Below, in pieces: positions 1 through 8,911 of a stretch of DNA of 38,934 bases (position 1 is its first letter; each line of letters begins with the position of its first letter). The position numbers and the translations under genes were made by a program. Source of the DNA: Thermotogota bacterium (GTDB lineage: Bacteria > Thermotogota > Thermotogae > Petrotogales > Kosmotogaceae); NCBI GenBank assembly GCA_034660555.1, contig JAYEJL010000143.1, positions 1 to 38,934 of the forward strand, in the 5' to 3' direction. Under the pieces are notes generated by a model that ran no database searches, was not told the origin of the DNA, and saw only the letters and a program-made list of their open reading frames with translations.

Positions 1-53
1 AATAGTTGTTTCAATCCTTCCTCGTTTTCTACTAGAGTATTCTTTAGCTTCAT
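1..53 (-). CDS. 5' end of an unknown gene running off the left edge (MKLKNTLVENEEGLKQL...)
   Basis: ATG at 53-51 preceded by AAGGAGG (70-64) on the minus strand; frame stays open to the window edge. Confidence 0.65.
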   Translation of the reverse strand, partial: MKLKNTLVENEEGLKQL

Positions 54-103
54 GCCCTGTATCCCTCCTTTATATAGGTTTGTCCTATTGTAGGATACAG
101 GGC
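54..103 (-). promoter_or_regulatory. 5' UTR hairpin covering the translation initiation region
   Basis: Perfect 11-bp inverted repeat GCCCTGTATCC (54-64) / GGATACAGGGC (93-103) enclosing an inner ATAGG/CCTAT stem (74-78/84-88); the stem ends directly at the ATG. Confidence 0.5.
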
Positions 104-137
104 TTTTCTATTTTTACAGCGTCGATTTTACACTATC

Positions 138-151
138 TAATGAATTCATTA
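138..151. promoter_or_regulatory. Candidate operator palindrome
   Basis: Perfect 14-bp palindrome TAATGAATTCATTA in the intergenic region upstream of the left-edge gene. Confidence 0.3.
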
Positions 152-179
152 ATATATTATAGAAAGACTCAAAAAAACA

Positions 180-845
180 TTAAAAATCTCCTACCAATTT
201 TCTTACTGCCCTTATCCAGGAATCTTTTTCTGAGTTAAAACCTTCATTACAGAATCTGTAGTCACATTTGCGTGTAAATTCGTTAAGCTCGTTTCTTAAT
301 TTAATCATAATATTGGTTTCAGCTTCTTTTATTTTTTCTAATATCTCATTGTTTTTACATGATTCAGCCACTTTTTTGAAATGTGGATAACAAATTCCGA
401 AAGAGTTTCGATATTTGCTAAAGAAATCCTTAATTTCGATGGCTCTGAGGAATACACTAATTAAATAACTTTCCTGCTCTTTTTCAAAAATGCATGCAGG
501 ACATTTCTGAAAATTGGAAAGAGTTTTTCCGGGAGTAACGTAAGGGTATGTATTTTCTATTAAAACGCTTATCAGGTCAGAATACAAAATAGCATGTCCC
601 AGCGGATCACCCAGAGTATACATGATATGAGAGTGTTTTTTGCAAAAACCCAGAGAATTTTTTAAAGTTTTTCTTCTATCTACATCATTTACTGCTTCAT
701 ATAAAAAATCATCAAAATACTTTATCAAGTAATTCTTTAACAATATACAAATTGGACATGAATCATGATTAAAGGCTTTTAGCATTTCATGGTATGCTTT
801 TTCTGAAGTAACATTGTTTTGTTTGTTTCTTTTTTTGAAAAACAT
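180..845 (-). CDS. DUF6062-like protein with duplicated Cys/His (putative Zn-binding) motifs
   Basis: CPIC...GFCKKH and CPAC...GICYPH repeats; ATG at 845 preceded by GGAGGTG (the track start at 893 is less likely). Confidence 0.7.
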   Translation of the reverse strand: MFFKKRNKQNNVTSEKAYHEMLKAFNHDSCPICILLKNYLIKYFDDFLYEAVNDVDRRKTLKNSLGFCKKHSHIMYTLGDPLGHAILYSDLISVLIENTYPYVTPGKTLSNFQKCPACIFEKEQESYLISVFLRAIEIKDFFSKYRNSFGICYPHFKKVAESCKNNEILEKIKEAETNIMIKLRNELNEFTRKCDYRFCNEGFNSEKDSWIRAVRKLVGDF

Positions 846-919
846 GGTACACCTCCACAATCTCAAGTACATTATAACTTGAACAAAGCTCAATTCTTGA
901 ATTCCTAGAGAGTAGTGAT

Positions 920-2110
920 ATGGTGAAAGATAAAAGATTACTTCCTTGCAATAAGAATGTTTCTAAAAAAATACTAATAAAAAGATTAAAAGAGCTCCTT
1001 CCAGAAATAATGAAGAGAACAGATTCACATATGTGGATAATTACTGGGAACGAAAAACATCTCGATCCTATTATGCCAACCTTGTTGCCTGATGATATAG
1101 ATTTAGGCAGATTAACAATAATGGTATTTTGTTTTCATAATGGGAAGTTTGAAAGGCACATAATTTCATGAGCAAATACTGAAAGCGATGACTTGTTCAA
1201 AGCGAGTTTCGATAATAAACATACTGATGAATGGAACAGTTTGAAAAGAATTGTAAATATATGCAAGCCAAAAACATTATGATTAATTATTCTGATTGTA
1301 TAAAACCGGCTGATGGATTGACATATACGAATCATAAAAAATCGAATGAAAGGTTATCTGAGTATTCACAAAAATTTGAAAGTTCTGAAGGACTTGCTTT
1401 AATGTGGTTAAATAAACGAACAAAAAAAGAGTTGGATATTTTTAAAACGATCGTGAAAAAACGGGAGAATTCATAGAAAATGTATTTAATACTGATGAGA
1501 TTTCAGAATTGACAACAGAAAAGTTAGAACGAAATCTTAGTCAAAAGACTTATGAACTTGGAATGACCGTATGGTACAACAAAGTAGACTTTCAGAGAAA
1601 AGGAAAAGAGTCTTTGTTCAATAAAGGTATTATCCAGCTAGGAGATCTTATTCATTGTGATTTTGGAGTTAGGTTTTTGGGCTTATCTTCTGATATTCAG
1701 AAACTATTTTATTTACCAGAAAAATGTGAGGCAGATATACCAGAAAGTTTTAAGATTTTTCTTAAGCAGGTAAATCACTTGCAGATAATTCTTTCAAATT
1801 GTTTTTCAAGTGAATATAAAGGAGATGAGATTTTAAGAAACGCACGTCAACAGAAGCAGAAAAAAGGAATCAATGGAAAAATATACTCGCATCCTTTAGG
1901 ATACTATGGTCATGGATCTGCCCCAATAATAGGCAGGTACAATCAGCAAAATGGAGTCCCTGGACCATTGAATTGTGTGTGATTGGTACGATTCCTGAAT
2001 GGAATAATCAGAATGTACACATTTTTATTGAGGACAACGCTGTACTATTTGGAAATGTAATTCATTTCATCTCAGAACGGCAGCAGTTCCTTAATATCTT
2101 AAAATCTTGA
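920..2110 (+). pseudogene. M24 family (Xaa-Pro aminopeptidase-like) metallopeptidase, disrupted
   Basis: One continuous M24-like reading across an in-frame TGA (1169-1171), frameshifts in A-runs (1270-1274, 1456-1461) and a frame change near 1966; motifs GDLIHCDFG, SSDIQ, YSHPLGYYGHG, IEL and IEDN retained; final stop 2108-2110. Confidence 0.8.
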
Positions 2111-2249
2111 TTCAGCAATATCTGCAATATAAATAAACTATTTTTCTTAATGAACATACAAAGAACAGTATTTTGAATAAGAAAGTTTGTTCCGCTAATT
2201 ATCCTGTGATAAAATTGCATAATACAGAAAAATGGAAGGAGAGCTCTTT

Positions 2250-3638
2250 ATGATTGATAAGAAATTAGCTTCAGATATGCTTTCTGCAGTATTAAAAGAA
2301 GGGGCGGATTTTGCTGAACTTTTTATTGAAGACAGATACAGCGCAAATGTGAACATGGTAAACGGAGATATTGATAATGCGCTTTCAGGAAAAAGCTTCG
2401 GAGTTGGTATCCGTGCCTTAAAGGAAAATCTGGGTGTTTATGGTTATACGAATGATCTTTCTAAAGACACGCTGTTAAAAGTTGCACAGAAGGTAGGAAA
2501 AGCAACAAAGGGTGATAATTCAGAACAACAAAATCTAGACTTTACTGATCAGGAAAAGGAAAACAAGCATTTTTTTAGAATATCACCGGAAGATGTTGGG
2601 AGCCAGGAAATTTCGAAATTAATGGAGGAAGCTCATAATGGCGCTATTTCTTACTCAGAAACTATATCACAGGTAATGGTTCGCTTTTTAAGTTACGATC
2701 AGAATGTATGGATTTATAATTCAGAAGGACTTGCTACATCTGATAGAAGAGTAAGAACCAGACTGGTAGTAATGGCAGTTGCAACTAAAGATGGTGTAAA
2801 GGAAACCGGTTTCTATGGGCCTGGAGCAGCAATGGGTTATGAATTTTTTGATGTTGTGAATCCTTATGATGTTGGTGTTAGAGCTGGAAGAATAGCTTCC
2901 AGAATGGTTGAAGCTGATTTTGCTCCTGCTGAAAAGATGCCGGTAATAATTGCAAATGAATTTGGTGGTGTAATTTTCCATGAAGCTTGCGGGCATTCTC
3001 TGGAAGCCACTTCGGTTGCAAAAGGATCTTCCGTGTTCGCTGGAAAATTGGGAGAGAAGATAGCAGCAGATAATGTTTCAGCAGTTGATGATGGCACAAT
3101 CCCAAATGCTTGGGGATCAGCCAATATAGATGATGAAGGTAATCCTACACGAAGAAATTTGCTCATTGAGAAGGGAATTTTAAAAGGGTATTTAGTTGAC
3201 AAACTAAATGGCAGAAGACTGCAGATGAAACCCACTAGTAGCTCTCGAAGACAAAATTACAAATATGCTCCCACCTCAAGAATGAGTAATACATTTATTT
3301 TATGCGGAAATTATTATCCTGAAGAGATTATTTCTAATACTGAGTATGGTTTGTATGCCAGGTCAATGGGTGGAGGTTCAGTGGTTCCGGCAACGGGAGA
3401 ATTTAATTTCTCGGTTAGGGAAGGTTATCTCATTAAGGACGGTAAAATTTCTAAACCTGTGCGAGGAGCAACATTAGTCGGGAAAGGCTCGGAAATACTC
3501 AAAAAAATTGATATGATAGGGAATGATCTTGAGAGAGGTCAGGGAATGTGTGGTTCAGCATCTGGAATGATTCCTGTAGATGTTGGTCAACCTACTTTGA
3601 GGGTATCAGAGCTTACAGTTGGGGGGCGGAATGAATGA
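2250..3638 (+). CDS. tldD: TldD metalloprotease
   Basis: HEACGH metal-binding motif, DDEG, RMSNT, GMCGS; ATG 2250 preceded by GAAGGAG. Confidence 0.92.
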   Translation: MIDKKLASDMLSAVLKEGADFAELFIEDRYSANVNMVNGDIDNALSGKSFGVGIRALKENLGVYGYTNDLSKDTLLKVAQKVGKATKGDNSEQQNLDFTDQEKENKHFFRISPEDVGSQEISKLMEEAHNGAISYSETISQVMVRFLSYDQNVWIYNSEGLATSDRRVRTRLVVMAVATKDGVKETGFYGPGAAMGYEFFDVVNPYDVGVRAGRIASRMVEADFAPAEKMPVIIANEFGGVIFHEACGHSLEATSVAKGSSVFAGKLGEKIAADNVSAVDDGTIPNAWGSANIDDEGNPTRRNLLIEKGILKGYLVDKLNGRRLQMKPTSSSRRQNYKYAPTSRMSNTFILCGNYYPEEIISNTEYGLYARSMGGGSVVPATGEFNFSVREGYLIKDGKISKPVRGATLVGKGSEILKKIDMIGNDLERGQGMCGSASGMIPVDVGQPTLRVSELTVGGRNE

Positions 3639-5005
3639 CATTCAAGGATTTTAAAAATGAAGTTTTTGAATATATAAAGAATAAGAAACTGGATGGAGCT
3701 GAACTATACAAGAAGAGAAAAATAAAATCAAGTATGAGCACATTTCAGGAGAAGATAGATAGATTTAGCGAATCTGATACATTTGGTATTAGCTTTAAGG
3801 TTATTAAAAATAAAAAGGCCGGATATTCTTATACTGAAATAATGAATTCAGATAGCGCAAAAAGACTTGTAGAAGATGCTATTGATAATCTTGAGATTAC
3901 AGTATCTGACTATGAAGAAGAACTGTTTAATGGTAGTTCTGAATATCCCGAGATAAAAAACGCATATGTAGAAGCATTTGAGTCTCTTACATCAGATGAT
4001 AAATTTAAAAAACTAACTGAATTTGTCAAGGGAATTGAGAACTCAGATGAGAGAATTGTATTTGTCCCTGTAAACGGTGTTTCACACGATACACAGGAAA
4101 TCAGGATTGTTAATACGGAAGGACTAGATGTTTCTTTTAAGCACGACGGTGGTTATATCTATGCCATGGCAGTTGGGAAAGAAGGAGATTCTACGAAAAC
4201 GGGTGTTGCAGTTGATATTAGTAAAGACCCTGAAAAATTTAAAATAAAAAAAATGATAGATAGAATTTCCTCCGACATACGTTATTCACTGGGTGCAAAA
4301 CCAGTGAAAAGCGGGAAATACGATCTAATAATTAGAAACAACATTCTTGGGGAATTTCTTCTAACATTCATGCAAATGTTCTCAGCGGAATCTATTCAGA
4401 GAGGTTTCTCCCCTCTTGAAAATAAATTAAACCAGATGATTGCGAGCAAAACAGTAACCTTGATTGACGATCCTTTGCTAACGGATAGCGCAGTTAGCAG
4501 AATTTTTGATGATCAGGGAGTTCCCACGAAAAAGAAAACAATGATTGAAAATGGAAAGTTGACCACTTATCTATATGATTTGAGAACAGCCAAAAAGGAC
4601 GGAGTGAAATCAACCGGAAATGCCATTAAGCTGAGAGATTACACCGATAAACCATCAATTATGCCTTTTAACGTTGTTCTAAAGCCCGGGGAAAAGAATT
4701 TTGAGGAACTTGTACAAACGCTTGATAATGGTATTGTAATCACGTCACTTGATGGATTGCATTCAGGCGCAGACAATGTCACCGGTGAATTTTCTCTGGG
4801 TGCCAGTGGTTTTTTAGTTGAGAACGGAAAAATTGTACGTGGTGTTGAGGAAATTACGGTCTCCGGGAATTTCCTCTCTGTGCTGGAAAAAATTGATGTA
4901 GTTGGAAATGATTCAGTATTTTCTTCTCAGGGATTGCTTGGCGATAATATCCTTGCTTATGTTCCTTCTGTAATTGTTAAAAATATGGATATAGCCGGTT
5001 CCTGA
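3635..5005 (+). CDS. pmbA: PmbA/TldE partner subunit
   Basis: FDDQG, STGNA, TGEFSLGASG, ITVSGN; lacks HExxxH; ATGA overlap with tldD. Confidence 0.9.
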   Translation: MTFKDFKNEVFEYIKNKKLDGAELYKKRKIKSSMSTFQEKIDRFSESDTFGISFKVIKNKKAGYSYTEIMNSDSAKRLVEDAIDNLEITVSDYEEELFNGSSEYPEIKNAYVEAFESLTSDDKFKKLTEFVKGIENSDERIVFVPVNGVSHDTQEIRIVNTEGLDVSFKHDGGYIYAMAVGKEGDSTKTGVAVDISKDPEKFKIKKMIDRISSDIRYSLGAKPVKSGKYDLIIRNNILGEFLLTFMQMFSAESIQRGFSPLENKLNQMIASKTVTLIDDPLLTDSAVSRIFDDQGVPTKKKTMIENGKLTTYLYDLRTAKKDGVKSTGNAIKLRDYTDKPSIMPFNVVLKPGEKNFEELVQTLDNGIVITSLDGLHSGADNVTGEFSLGASGFLVENGKIVRGVEEITVSGNFLSVLEKIDVVGNDSVFSSQGLLGDNILAYVPSVIVKNMDIAGS

Positions 5006-5023
5006 TAATATATATTAATATGA

Positions 5024-5057
5024 AAAAATGCGCTGTAGAATAATACAGCGCATTTTT
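5024..5057. terminator. Bidirectional intrinsic terminator between pmbA and hutU
   Basis: AAAAATGCGCTGTA-gaataa-TACAGCGCATTTTT between convergent genes. Confidence 0.85.
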
Positions 5058-5072
5058 AGTACTATGGTTACC

Positions 5073-7085
5073 TTATTCAAAAAGACTATCAATTAGATCA
5101 TCATCAACCGAGTAAGGTAATGTAAGATGATCGGTATTTTTGTTTTCATTATTGTATTTGATAGCGGTATTTATTGAAGCTTCGTTTCGTGCCCATGCGC
5201 GCCTTGCAACTCCACTCATGACATCCCAGGGGATAGCTTTATTGATAATATTATCAACCCTATCGCTACCATCCAGGACCAGACCGAATCCACCGTTAAT
5301 TGCTTTACCTATCCCAACGCCACCACCGTTATGAAGGGAGACCATGCTCATTCCTCGTGCGATATTTCCGCCAAAACAGTGCGTTGCCATATCGGCCATG
5401 ACATTACTTCCATCTTTAATGTTGGCTGTTTCTCTAAAAGGTGAATCAGTTCCGCCTGTATCGTGGTGGTCCCGTCCAATCATTACCGGGCCTATCTCTT
5501 TGCTTCTTACCATTTCGTTAAATTTAAGTGCAATACTTTTTCTGCCTGTTGCATCCTGATAGAGTATTCTTGCCTGTGTTCCAACAACAAGATTGTTACT
5601 GTCGGCGTTTTTTATCCAGTTATAGTTATCTCTATCCTGTCCCCTTCTTTCAGGATCGATGCATTCCATTGCAACTCTGTCAGTTTTTAAAAGATCTTCT
5701 CTTTTTCCGCTCAGACAAACCCATCTGAAGGGCCCATAACCATAATCGAATAACATGGGTCCCATGAGATCTTCAACGTATGAAGGAAAAATGAAGCCTT
5801 CGCTTGTATCAACGCCATTTTTTGCAATTTCTTTGACACCAGCATCAAATACAGCTTTCATAAAGCTATTTCCATAATCAAAGAAATAGGTTCCTTTTTC
5901 AACCAGTGTTTTTATCAGTTGAAAATGTTTTCTAAGTGACTTATCTACATATTCTTTGAATTTCTTTTTGTTGTTCTGAAGCAAATCCGTTCTTTCTATA
6001 AATGTGAGACCCTGGGGACAATAACCTCCATCATAAGCTGCGTGGCATGACGTTTGGTCAGACAGCAAATCTACTTTTATGTTCTTGTCAACAACATATT
6101 GAAGCAGGTCAACGATATTTCCATAAAACCCAAGGGCAATGCTTCGCCCATTCTTCTGTTTTTCCAGTGCTACCGAAAATAGTTCATCAAGATCTTCGTA
6201 AACCTCGTCTATCCAGCCCTGTTCAATTCTCGTTCTGATTCTTGACTCATCCACCTCTGCGATTATTCCTACTCCGTTAGCGATTTTGATAGCTTTCCCC
6301 TGGGCTCCGCTCATTCCACCCAGCCCGGACGAGATAAACAATTTTCCTTTTAGATCACCATTTTCAGGAATTCCTAATTTTTTCCTTCCTGCATTGAGTA
6401 TTGTACTGTATGTTCCATGAACAATACCCTGAGGTCCTATATACATCCATCCCCCGGCTGTCATTTGACCATAATTAGCCACACCAAGGGCTTGTGCTTT
6501 GACCCAATTGTCCTGGTCATCGAAAAGTCCAACCATGAGAGCGTTGGTAAGAATGACCCGGGGACTGCTCTTGAATGATTTAAAAAGACCCAGAGGATGT
6601 CCTGACATAACCACAAGGGTTTGTTCATCAGTAAGCTCTTCAAGGTATTTTTTAATCAGTCTGTATTGCATCCAGTTCTGGCACACCTGGCCTGTTTCAC
6701 CGTACGTTACAAGTTCGTATGGATAAAGGGCAACGTCAAAATCAAGATTATTATCAATCATTACTTGAAAAGCTTTGCCTTCGATACATTTTCCCTTGTA
6801 TTCATCAATTGGTTTACCTTTTATCCTTCCATTGGGTCTAAATCGATATCCATAAATCCTTCCACGCTCTTTGAGTTCTTTCAAGAATTCTGGGGCAAGT
6901 TTTTCATGAAGTTCTTCAGGTATATATCTTAAAGCGTTTCTTAAAGCAAGTTTTTTTTCTTTTTCATTTAGTGGTAAATCTCTTTTTGGAGCTCTCCTTA
7001 TTTTTGGATCAAATTCGGGTTCGGGTGGAAGTTCAGTATTAAGTTTTATTTTCATTGCTTTAGAAATATCAAGATTATTTACCAT
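5073..7085 (-). CDS. hutU: Urocanate hydratase (long, ~670-aa form)
   Basis: YGQMTAGGWMYIGPQGIVHGT, GLGGMSGAQ, SDQTSCH, GRDHHD, HNGGGVG motifs; RBS GAGGTG. Confidence 0.96.
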   Translation of the reverse strand: MVNNLDISKAMKIKLNTELPPEPEFDPKIRRAPKRDLPLNEKEKKLALRNALRYIPEELHEKLAPEFLKELKERGRIYGYRFRPNGRIKGKPIDEYKGKCIEGKAFQVMIDNNLDFDVALYPYELVTYGETGQVCQNWMQYRLIKKYLEELTDEQTLVVMSGHPLGLFKSFKSSPRVILTNALMVGLFDDQDNWVKAQALGVANYGQMTAGGWMYIGPQGIVHGTYSTILNAGRKKLGIPENGDLKGKLFISSGLGGMSGAQGKAIKIANGVGIIAEVDESRIRTRIEQGWIDEVYEDLDELFSVALEKQKNGRSIALGFYGNIVDLLQYVVDKNIKVDLLSDQTSCHAAYDGGYCPQGLTFIERTDLLQNNKKKFKEYVDKSLRKHFQLIKTLVEKGTYFFDYGNSFMKAVFDAGVKEIAKNGVDTSEGFIFPSYVEDLMGPMLFDYGYGPFRWVCLSGKREDLLKTDRVAMECIDPERRGQDRDNYNWIKNADSNNLVVGTQARILYQDATGRKSIALKFNEMVRSKEIGPVMIGRDHHDTGGTDSPFRETANIKDGSNVMADMATHCFGGNIARGMSMVSLHNGGGVGIGKAINGGFGLVLDGSDRVDNIINKAIPWDVMSGVARRAWARNEASINTAIKYNNENKNTDHLTLPYSVDDDLIDSLFE

Positions 7086-7127
7086 CTATATCACCTCTTT
7101 ATTTCTGTTTATTAATATTTTAACACC

Positions 7128-7163
7128 ATCAGAAAGGTATCAGATGATAATTATCAGATTATT
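7128..7163. promoter_or_regulatory. Candidate regulator sites upstream of hutU
   Basis: Near-palindrome TATCAGATGATA (7138-7149) and three ATCAGA copies (7128, 7139, 7153). Confidence 0.4.
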
Positions 7164-7352
7164 ATGAAAAGTGGTGAGAATAGATGAAATATGTTGATTG
7201 ATAGAGAAAAACTGCTTCAATTTAAGGTGTGTTTAAAAATAGTTGAAAATTGTCATTAAACAATGCATCTTAATTTAGAATTATAGTGCTATTATTATTT
7301 AAAAAATAAGGTGTTTCATCAAGCCTTCCTAGGGGAAGGAGGGAGAAGAAAG

Positions 7353-7406
7353 ATGGGTAAACCTGAAAAGAAAAAAGACCGAAAGCCTAAAAAAGAAGAA
7401 AAGTAG
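7353..7406 (+). CDS. Putative 17-aa Lys-rich small protein (MGKPEKKKDRKPKKEEK)
   Basis: Strong SD (GGAAGGAGGGAG) upstream, TAG at 7404-7406, intrinsic terminator 20 nt downstream. Confidence 0.5.
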   Translation: MGKPEKKKDRKPKKEEK

Positions 7407-7426
7407 CTTATTGAGCAGGTCATAAC

Positions 7427-7460
7427 AAAGGGGTCGCATTAGCGACCTCTTTTTTGTTTT
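7427..7460 (+). terminator. Intrinsic terminator after the small ORF
   Basis: AAAGGGGTCGC-atta-GCGACCTCTTT followed by a T tract. Confidence 0.8.
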
Positions 7461-7482
7461 GAGTTTTATGTAGAGGTATAAT
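7454..7482 (+). promoter_or_regulatory. Sigma70-type promoter for the MBL-fold gene
   Basis: TTGTTT-17 bp-TATAAT. Confidence 0.4.
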
Positions 7483-7519
7483 TGTTATGGAAGTTCTTTC
7501 TTAAATAAAAGGAGGACAT

Positions 7520-8314
7520 ATGACAATTACAGTATTATGTAATGATAAATCTCTTGAAGGATTTCGTGAGGAACACGGGATATCATTTTTGATTGATACA
7601 GGAAACAGGAATTACCTTTTTGATACTGGAACCACAGATGTAGCAATAGAAAATGCAAGAAAGCTTGGTAACAATTTAAAGATTATTGATTCAATTATAA
7701 TCAGTCATGGCCATTATGATCATCTTGGAGGACTGGCTAATTTTTTAAAGCTTACTGGAAAAAGAAGAGTATATATTGGTACTGGTGCGCTTAATAAAAA
7801 ACTTAGTGGAGAACGAAGTGTAAGTCCGAATGAAACTGAGAAAGAATATATTGCTTTGGGAGCTGAATTTGTAACAGTTGAAAAAAACACAAAAATTGAT
7901 GACGGTATCTTTGTCATTTCAGCTGCACCTTTTGTTACAGACGAAAGACCACAAAAGAAGTACAAACATATTATCAATAATCGGAGAGAAACAGATGAGT
8001 TCAAAGACGAACTAACTTTATTAATTATAAAGGGAGGCAAGGGAACAGTAATAACGGGATGTTCTCATAGAGGCATAGTTAATATTTTGTTTGAAGCCTC
8101 CAGACACTGCGAAATAGAAAATGTACTGGGCGGTCTTCATCTTTTGCATAAAACCAAGCGGGAATTAAAAGTAATTTGTGATAAATTAGAAGAATTTAAT
8201 GTGGCAAACTATTTTATTGGCCACTGTACAGGTGATGAAGCAATAGAGAACATGCAGCAAAGACTTTCTGCAAATGTTAAGGAAATAAGGGCGGGAGAAA
8301 TAATTAGACTTTGA
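7520..8314 (+). CDS. MBL-fold metallo-hydrolase (COG1237-type), copy 1
   Basis: EHGISF, LFDTG, SHGHYDHLGG, GCSH, GGLH, HCTG. Confidence 0.88.
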   Translation: MTITVLCNDKSLEGFREEHGISFLIDTGNRNYLFDTGTTDVAIENARKLGNNLKIIDSIIISHGHYDHLGGLANFLKLTGKRRVYIGTGALNKKLSGERSVSPNETEKEYIALGAEFVTVEKNTKIDDGIFVISAAPFVTDERPQKKYKHIINNRRETDEFKDELTLLIIKGGKGTVITGCSHRGIVNILFEASRHCEIENVLGGLHLLHKTKRELKVICDKLEEFNVANYFIGHCTGDEAIENMQQRLSANVKEIRAGEIIRL

Positions 8315-8435
8315 TATTTGATGAGGATTGAATGTCACGCTCTTCTTCTATAGTGATGGTACTGAAGAAAAAATAATTTCATTGCATGTTTAATGAACAT
8401 CTTCAATCAGTAAATAACTTATAAATCAGTCAAAC

Positions 8436-8465
8436 TTGACACTATTATATATGGAGCGTTATAAT
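8436..8465 (+). promoter_or_regulatory. Consensus sigma70 promoter of the DUF5320 operon
   Basis: TTGACA (8436-8441)-18 bp-TATAAT (8460-8465). Confidence 0.75.
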
Positions 8466-8475
8466 ATATACGAAA

Positions 8476-8489
8476 TGCATATAGATGCA
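8476..8489. promoter_or_regulatory. Candidate repressor operator just downstream of the transcription start
   Basis: TGCAT-atag-ATGCA inverted repeat 10 bp after the -10 box. Confidence 0.45.
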
Positions 8490-8513
8490 AAAACAACTTT
8501 AGGAGGTGTAACA

Positions 8514-8879
8514 ATGCCAGGATTTGACAGAACAGGACCATTAGGTCAGGGACCAATGACAGGAAGAGGTTTAGGATTATGTTCAGGTTACGCAAGAACA
8601 ACAGGATTTAGAGGACCTGGATTAGCCTGGAGACGTGGTTGGTACGGTCGCGGAAGAGGTTTTGGTTTCGGTCGTGGTTTCGGCAGAGGATTTGGCTTTG
8701 GAAGAGGATATGGAATGGGTTATTATCCATCATATCCAGCTTATTACCCTGCCTATGAACCTGAAGTAAATTCTCGTGAAGAGGAAAAAATGCTTAAAGA
8801 TTATGTAGCAGAGCTTGAAGAAGAACTCTCAGCGGTTAAAAATAGGCTTCAAGAAATTGAAAAAAAGGAAGAAGAGTAA
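8514..8879 (+). CDS. DUF5320-family Gly/Arg/aromatic-rich protein with C-terminal coiled coil
   Basis: MPGFDRTGPLGQGPMTGRGLGLC start, GRGFG repeats, Y/P-rich linker, LEEELSAVKNRLQEIE; RBS AGGAGGTG before ATG 8514. Confidence 0.85.
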   Translation: MPGFDRTGPLGQGPMTGRGLGLCSGYARTTGFRGPGLAWRRGWYGRGRGFGFGRGFGRGFGFGRGYGMGYYPSYPAYYPAYEPEVNSREEEKMLKDYVAELEEELSAVKNRLQEIEKKEEE

Positions 8880-8911
8880 ACACTTTTTCCGCTTTATAAT
8901 GAGGTGATATT

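Noticed and set aside
1169..1171. Selenocysteine TGA in the M24 gene
   Set aside because: Not at a Cys-type motif, and the gene has three other lesions
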